A DNA stretch of 24,792 bases, from NCBI RefSeq assembly GCF_006345805.1, contig NW_021836457.1, positions 1 through 24,792 on the forward strand, read 5' to 3'. The stretch comes from Octopus sinensis. Taxonomy: Eukaryota. Position numbers and translations under genes: made by a program. Positions within the stretch are counted from its first letter, which is position 1. Each line of letters begins with the position of its first letter. The notes under the pieces are model-generated. The model searched no databases and was not told the origin of the DNA. It saw only the letters and a program-made list of their open reading frames with translations. Below are positions 21,431 through 24,792 of the stretch, one piece after another.

Positions 21431-21648
21431 ATCAATCTAATATCTGGTCACTCGTGAGTGCGGTTGGCAACATGTAACCTAGTACACCTTGTTACATCGT
21501 CGAGTAGTCATCGATCAAACCGAGAAATGTCTGTATTAGCCAGCCCGATGTAGTGGGATTGCTACAAATACGGCAAGACAAAAATAAAAAAAAATAAAAA
21601 ATAAGATCCGAAAACCTATCAAAAGAACGAATGAATCCAGAGATGATG

Positions 21649-22035
21649 GATGGAAGCACTCCGTCGGTTACGACGACGAGGGTTCCGGTTGATCCGAATC
21701 AACGGAACAGCCTGCTCGTGAAATTAACGTGTAAGTGGCTGAGCACTCCACAGACACGTGTACCCTTAACGTAGTTCTCGGGGATATTCAGCGTGACACA
21801 GAGAGTGACAAGGCCGGCCCTTTGAAATACAGGTGCAACAGAAACAGGAAGTAAGAGTGAGAGAAAGTTGTGGTGAAAGAGTACAGCAGGGTTCACCACC
21901 ACCCCCTGCCGGAGCCTCGTGGGGCTTTAGGTGTTTTCGCTCAATAAACACTCACAACGCCCGGTCTGGGAATCGAAACCGCGATCCTATGACCGCGAGT
22001 CCGCTGCCCTAACCACTGGGCCATTGCGCCTTCCG
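21649..22035 (-). mobile_element. SINE C (tRNA-derived), full length
   Basis: Minus-strand A-box TGGCCCAGTGG and B-box GTTTCGATTCC; 17-bp TSD tgaatccagagat(g/a)atg at 21632-21648 and 22036-22052. Confidence 0.9.
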
Positions 22036-22476
22036 TGAATCCAGAGATAATGTCTATCTAGCAACTGTGCACGGGGACAAGGAAATGACCAACAGTGAGA
22101 CTCATGAAAGCAATGGGAAGAGTTGTGCTCTTTGACCATAGTGAAGGCCGCTTATCTATGACATGATATTTAAGAATAAATATTACTCAGTCACTATAAT
22201 CTTTGATCTCCCACTATTTGTAATAGCCAATGAGCTTAGTGTGTTTGGTGATTGTGTTTATTACTGAGTCAGGCAGTACTGTGGTGTGTTAGCGATATCT
22301 GTCTCTGTATTACAGAAATCCCTTCCCGCCACGGGTTTTCATCTGTGGTTGCCTTCGATTATTCAAGCTGAATATCAGTCTCGTCCAATTGGTCAGTATG
22401 GGAAGAACTGTGACAACATGGATTCAGTCTCTTGTGTGAGAAGCTGTATTTAAAAATAATATATATATTTCATGTA

Positions 22477-22664
22477 GGCGCAGGAGTGGCTGTGTCGTAA
22501 GTAGCTTGCTTACCAACCACATAGTTCCAGGTTCAGTCCCACTGCGTGGCACCTTGGGCAAGTGTTTTTTACTATAGCCTCGGGCCGACCAAAGGCTTGT
22601 GAGTGGATTTCGTAGACGGAAACTGAAAGAAGCCCGTCGTATGTATGTATATATATAATGAATA

Positions 22665-22738
<74 letters not shown>

Positions 22739-23102
22739 AAAGTCCATCTGGTGACGTTGATCGCCTGGGGCTAAAAGCATCAGTAACACCCCCACCCCCA
22801 GTGGCTAGCCACATTCAGATGGCTAGTACACCTTACGTTGTCGAGCGGTTACTGTTTATATCTCGTTCAGAGATTTATTATTGCTTATATATATATATAT
22901 TTATATATATGTTTGTGTATTTGTGTTTGTACCCCAGCTTCGCTTGACGACCGATGCTGGTGTGTTTACGTCCCCATTACTTAGCGGTTCGGCAAGAGGG
23001 ACCGATACAAAGAATAAGGCCTGGAGTCGATTTTCTCGACTAAAGGCGGTGCTCCAGCATGGCCGCAGTCAAATGACTGAAGCAAATAAAAGAATAAAAG
23101 AA
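22477..23102 (+). mobile_element. SINE A with an insertion of about 150 bp in the central TA repeat
   Basis: A head 22477-22645, (TA)n, foreign segment at about 22738-22885, A 3' half to the gaataaaag tail. Confidence 0.88.
22740..22860 (+). mobile_element. Decayed Helitron-related fragment
   Basis: cagtaacacccccaccc..gtgg(c/t)tagcca..gatggcta..ttac matches 2362-2418 and 19285-19340. Confidence 0.55.
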
Positions 23103-23170
23103 TGTACTCATGCATCTCCCCATTCCTCCTCCTTCCGTCCGTCCGTCCATCCATCCATCCATACATACAT

Positions 23171-23388
23171 TCAAAATGTGACCGCGTGTGTACCGTTGGC
23201 GATTTTTTTACCTCCGTCTTCCCTTCTCTGGATCTTTCCTTCTCCTATGTTTCCGACGAAGAGCTCCGCTCGAAACGTTAAACCCTCCTTCTTTCCTTCT
23301 TTCCTGAGCGTCCAATAATACTATATTTGTTCCACATCCACGCGTTGTTGTGTTTTTTTTGTGCTTTCTTGTTTGGATTAACTTTACA
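23171..23388 (+). mobile_element. Probable Penelope-like element LTR fragment inside a (CATA/CATC)n tract
   Basis: Non-repetitive island between CATA-type repeats, carrying a minimal hammerhead motif; no ORF, so the family is inferred from the ribozyme type only. Confidence 0.45.
23249..23283 (+). ncRNA. Candidate minimal type I hammerhead ribozyme
   Basis: GTTT-CCGACGA-A-GAGC-tcc-GCTC-GAAA-CG-TT-AAAC: helix I GTTT/AAAC, helix II GAGC/GCTC, palindromic AACGTT in place of helix III; core has C instead of U at position 4. Confidence 0.55.
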
Positions 23389-23907
23389 AACATACATACA
23401 TCCATACATACATCCATGCATACAAACATACATTTGGTGGGAGAAGCTCCATATGGAAGAGACTATTCCTTAAACATAAAATGAATACTTTCTGCAGTAT
23501 TAAGGCCACAATTGCCAAACCTTGTTAAATAATTGGCTATTTTTTTTATATATATATCAACTTAAGTAACCATTCAATCAAAATGATACGGATAAGCGGC
23601 TGACACGTGAATCTACCACATTGGAATTTACTACGAATAACGTGACTGGAAGCAACGGCATTAACGACGGGAAAAGAATCAAAGGAAAACATCTGTGATG
23701 GATTGTGTAAAAAAGGAACACGTGACCAAGGAATATAACACAAGGACAAAGAAATATGGTCCTCAGAACTTACCTCATACATTAAAATCAATAGCCCTCA
23801 ATGTATTTGCTATATTAATAATACTCATACTAACTTTTAGGTTATTCGATCAGACGCTAGATGAACAGCTAATTGATGTTAAAACCCGAATGTTATTAAC
23901 CCATACC

Positions 23908-24074
23908 TATTTCTTTATTGCCCACAAGGGGCTAAACACAGAGGAGACAAACAAAGACAGACATAGGTATTAAGTCGATTACATCGACCTCAGTGCGTAA
24001 CTAGTACTTTATTTATCGACCCCGAAAGGATGAAAGGCAAAGTCGACCTCGGCGGAATTTGAACTCAGAACGTA
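23908..24074 (-). mobile_element. 5'-truncated SINE B, tail type 1
   Basis: Core and tail 1 on the minus strand; 11-bp TSD taacccatacc at 23897-23907 and 24075-24085. Confidence 0.9.
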
Positions 24075-24214
24075 TAACCCATACCAGGAATTTCCACACC
24101 TACATTGATACAGATCGCCTCTACTTAAAACAGAGACAAGGCGGCAGATATTTAACACAATTCAAAGATTTTCTTGAATGTTACAATATATTCCTTCGAT
24201 AATATTTATAAACT

Positions 24215-24746
24215 CAGCTGATGCTGAGACCCCCTTCGGTCATGACGGACCGTGGGATTGCACCTAGAAAGCTACCCGACCAGGCACAAGTCCGGGCAAG
24301 GTAGTTTATCGAAGACCAGCAGTCGCCCATGCATACCAGTCTCCCCTCTTCACGCTACCGATGTTATCCAAGGGAAAGGCAAAGGCCGATATAGCTTGAC
24401 ACCTGTGACGTCGCAACCCATTTCTACAGCTGAGTGAACTGGAGCAACGTGAAATAAAGTGTCTTGCTCAAGAACACAACACGCAGACCGGTCCGGGATT
24501 CGTACTCACAACCTCATGATCAGAAAATGTTGTCAAAGCCGACAGGAAGCGTTCGATGCTTCCTAGGGCTAAACAGCGGTGTTGTAATTCCCATACGGGT
24601 CTGTCACGTTAAGTTGACAGTATACAACCACTCTATCTTTTTTTATATATCAACTTAAGTAACCATTCAATCAAAACGATACGGACAAGCGGCCGAAACG
24701 TGGATCTACCACTCGAAGCTCTAACCACTGAGCCATGCGCCTTCAC
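24215..24746 (-). mobile_element. SINE E (tRNA head plus CORE/V-like centre), head split by an insertion at 24522-24711
   Basis: Minus-strand head gtgaaggcgcatggctcagtggttagagc (24746-24717), continues tgatcatgaggttgtgagtacgaatccc (from 24522), then gttcttgagcaagacacttt..cagctgtagaaatggg; 11-bp TSD atttataaact at 24204-24214 and 24747-24757. Confidence 0.85.
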
Positions 24747-24792
24747 ATTTATAAACTACCATAAGGTAAATACACACCACGAAATTTGGAGG

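Noticed and set aside
21955-22035. tRNA genes at SINE heads (also 16480, 8583, 24746)
   Set aside because: A/B boxes are present but there is no full cloverleaf or acceptor stem, and each continues into a repeat body
22316-22391. Possible 76-nt exon (ctgtattacag acceptor, gtcagt donor)
   Set aside because: Two open frames but no recognisable peptide and no partner exons; needs RNA-seq

Overview
Repeat-dominated, non-coding eukaryotic DNA, most likely octopus/coleoid intronic or intergenic sequence; the species is inferred from the tRNA-derived SINE types and microsatellite load, not proven. I find no intact protein-coding gene. Nearly all long entries in the ORF track are microsatellite or low-complexity artefacts. 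Content: (i) about 25 copies or fragments of four tRNA-headed SINE types, labelled A, B, C and E here, several with clear target-site duplications (TSDs); (ii) decayed C-terminal relics of four non-LTR retrotransposons (CRE-like, R4/Dong-like, a third restriction-like-endonuclease (RLE) element, Tx1-like), mostly invisible in the ORF track because of stops and frameshifts; (iii) two Tc1/mariner transposase relics; (iv) two complete non-autonomous Helitrons; (v) a minimal hammerhead-ribozyme motif of the Penelope type; (vi) large microsatellite fields. The most interesting signals are a set of microsatellite-dwelling retroelements and a matching SINE/LINE 3' end. An (AAT)n tract at 9.1-10.8 kb holds a Dong-like fragment plus three same-orientation, 3'-coterminal copies of a headless non-coding element (D). 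A Tx1-like LINE sits in (TATC)n and shares its 3' end with one SINE B subtype. Several local rearrangements can be read at base resolution. All family assignments come from motif recognition by eye and need HMM/Dfam/Repbase confirmation.
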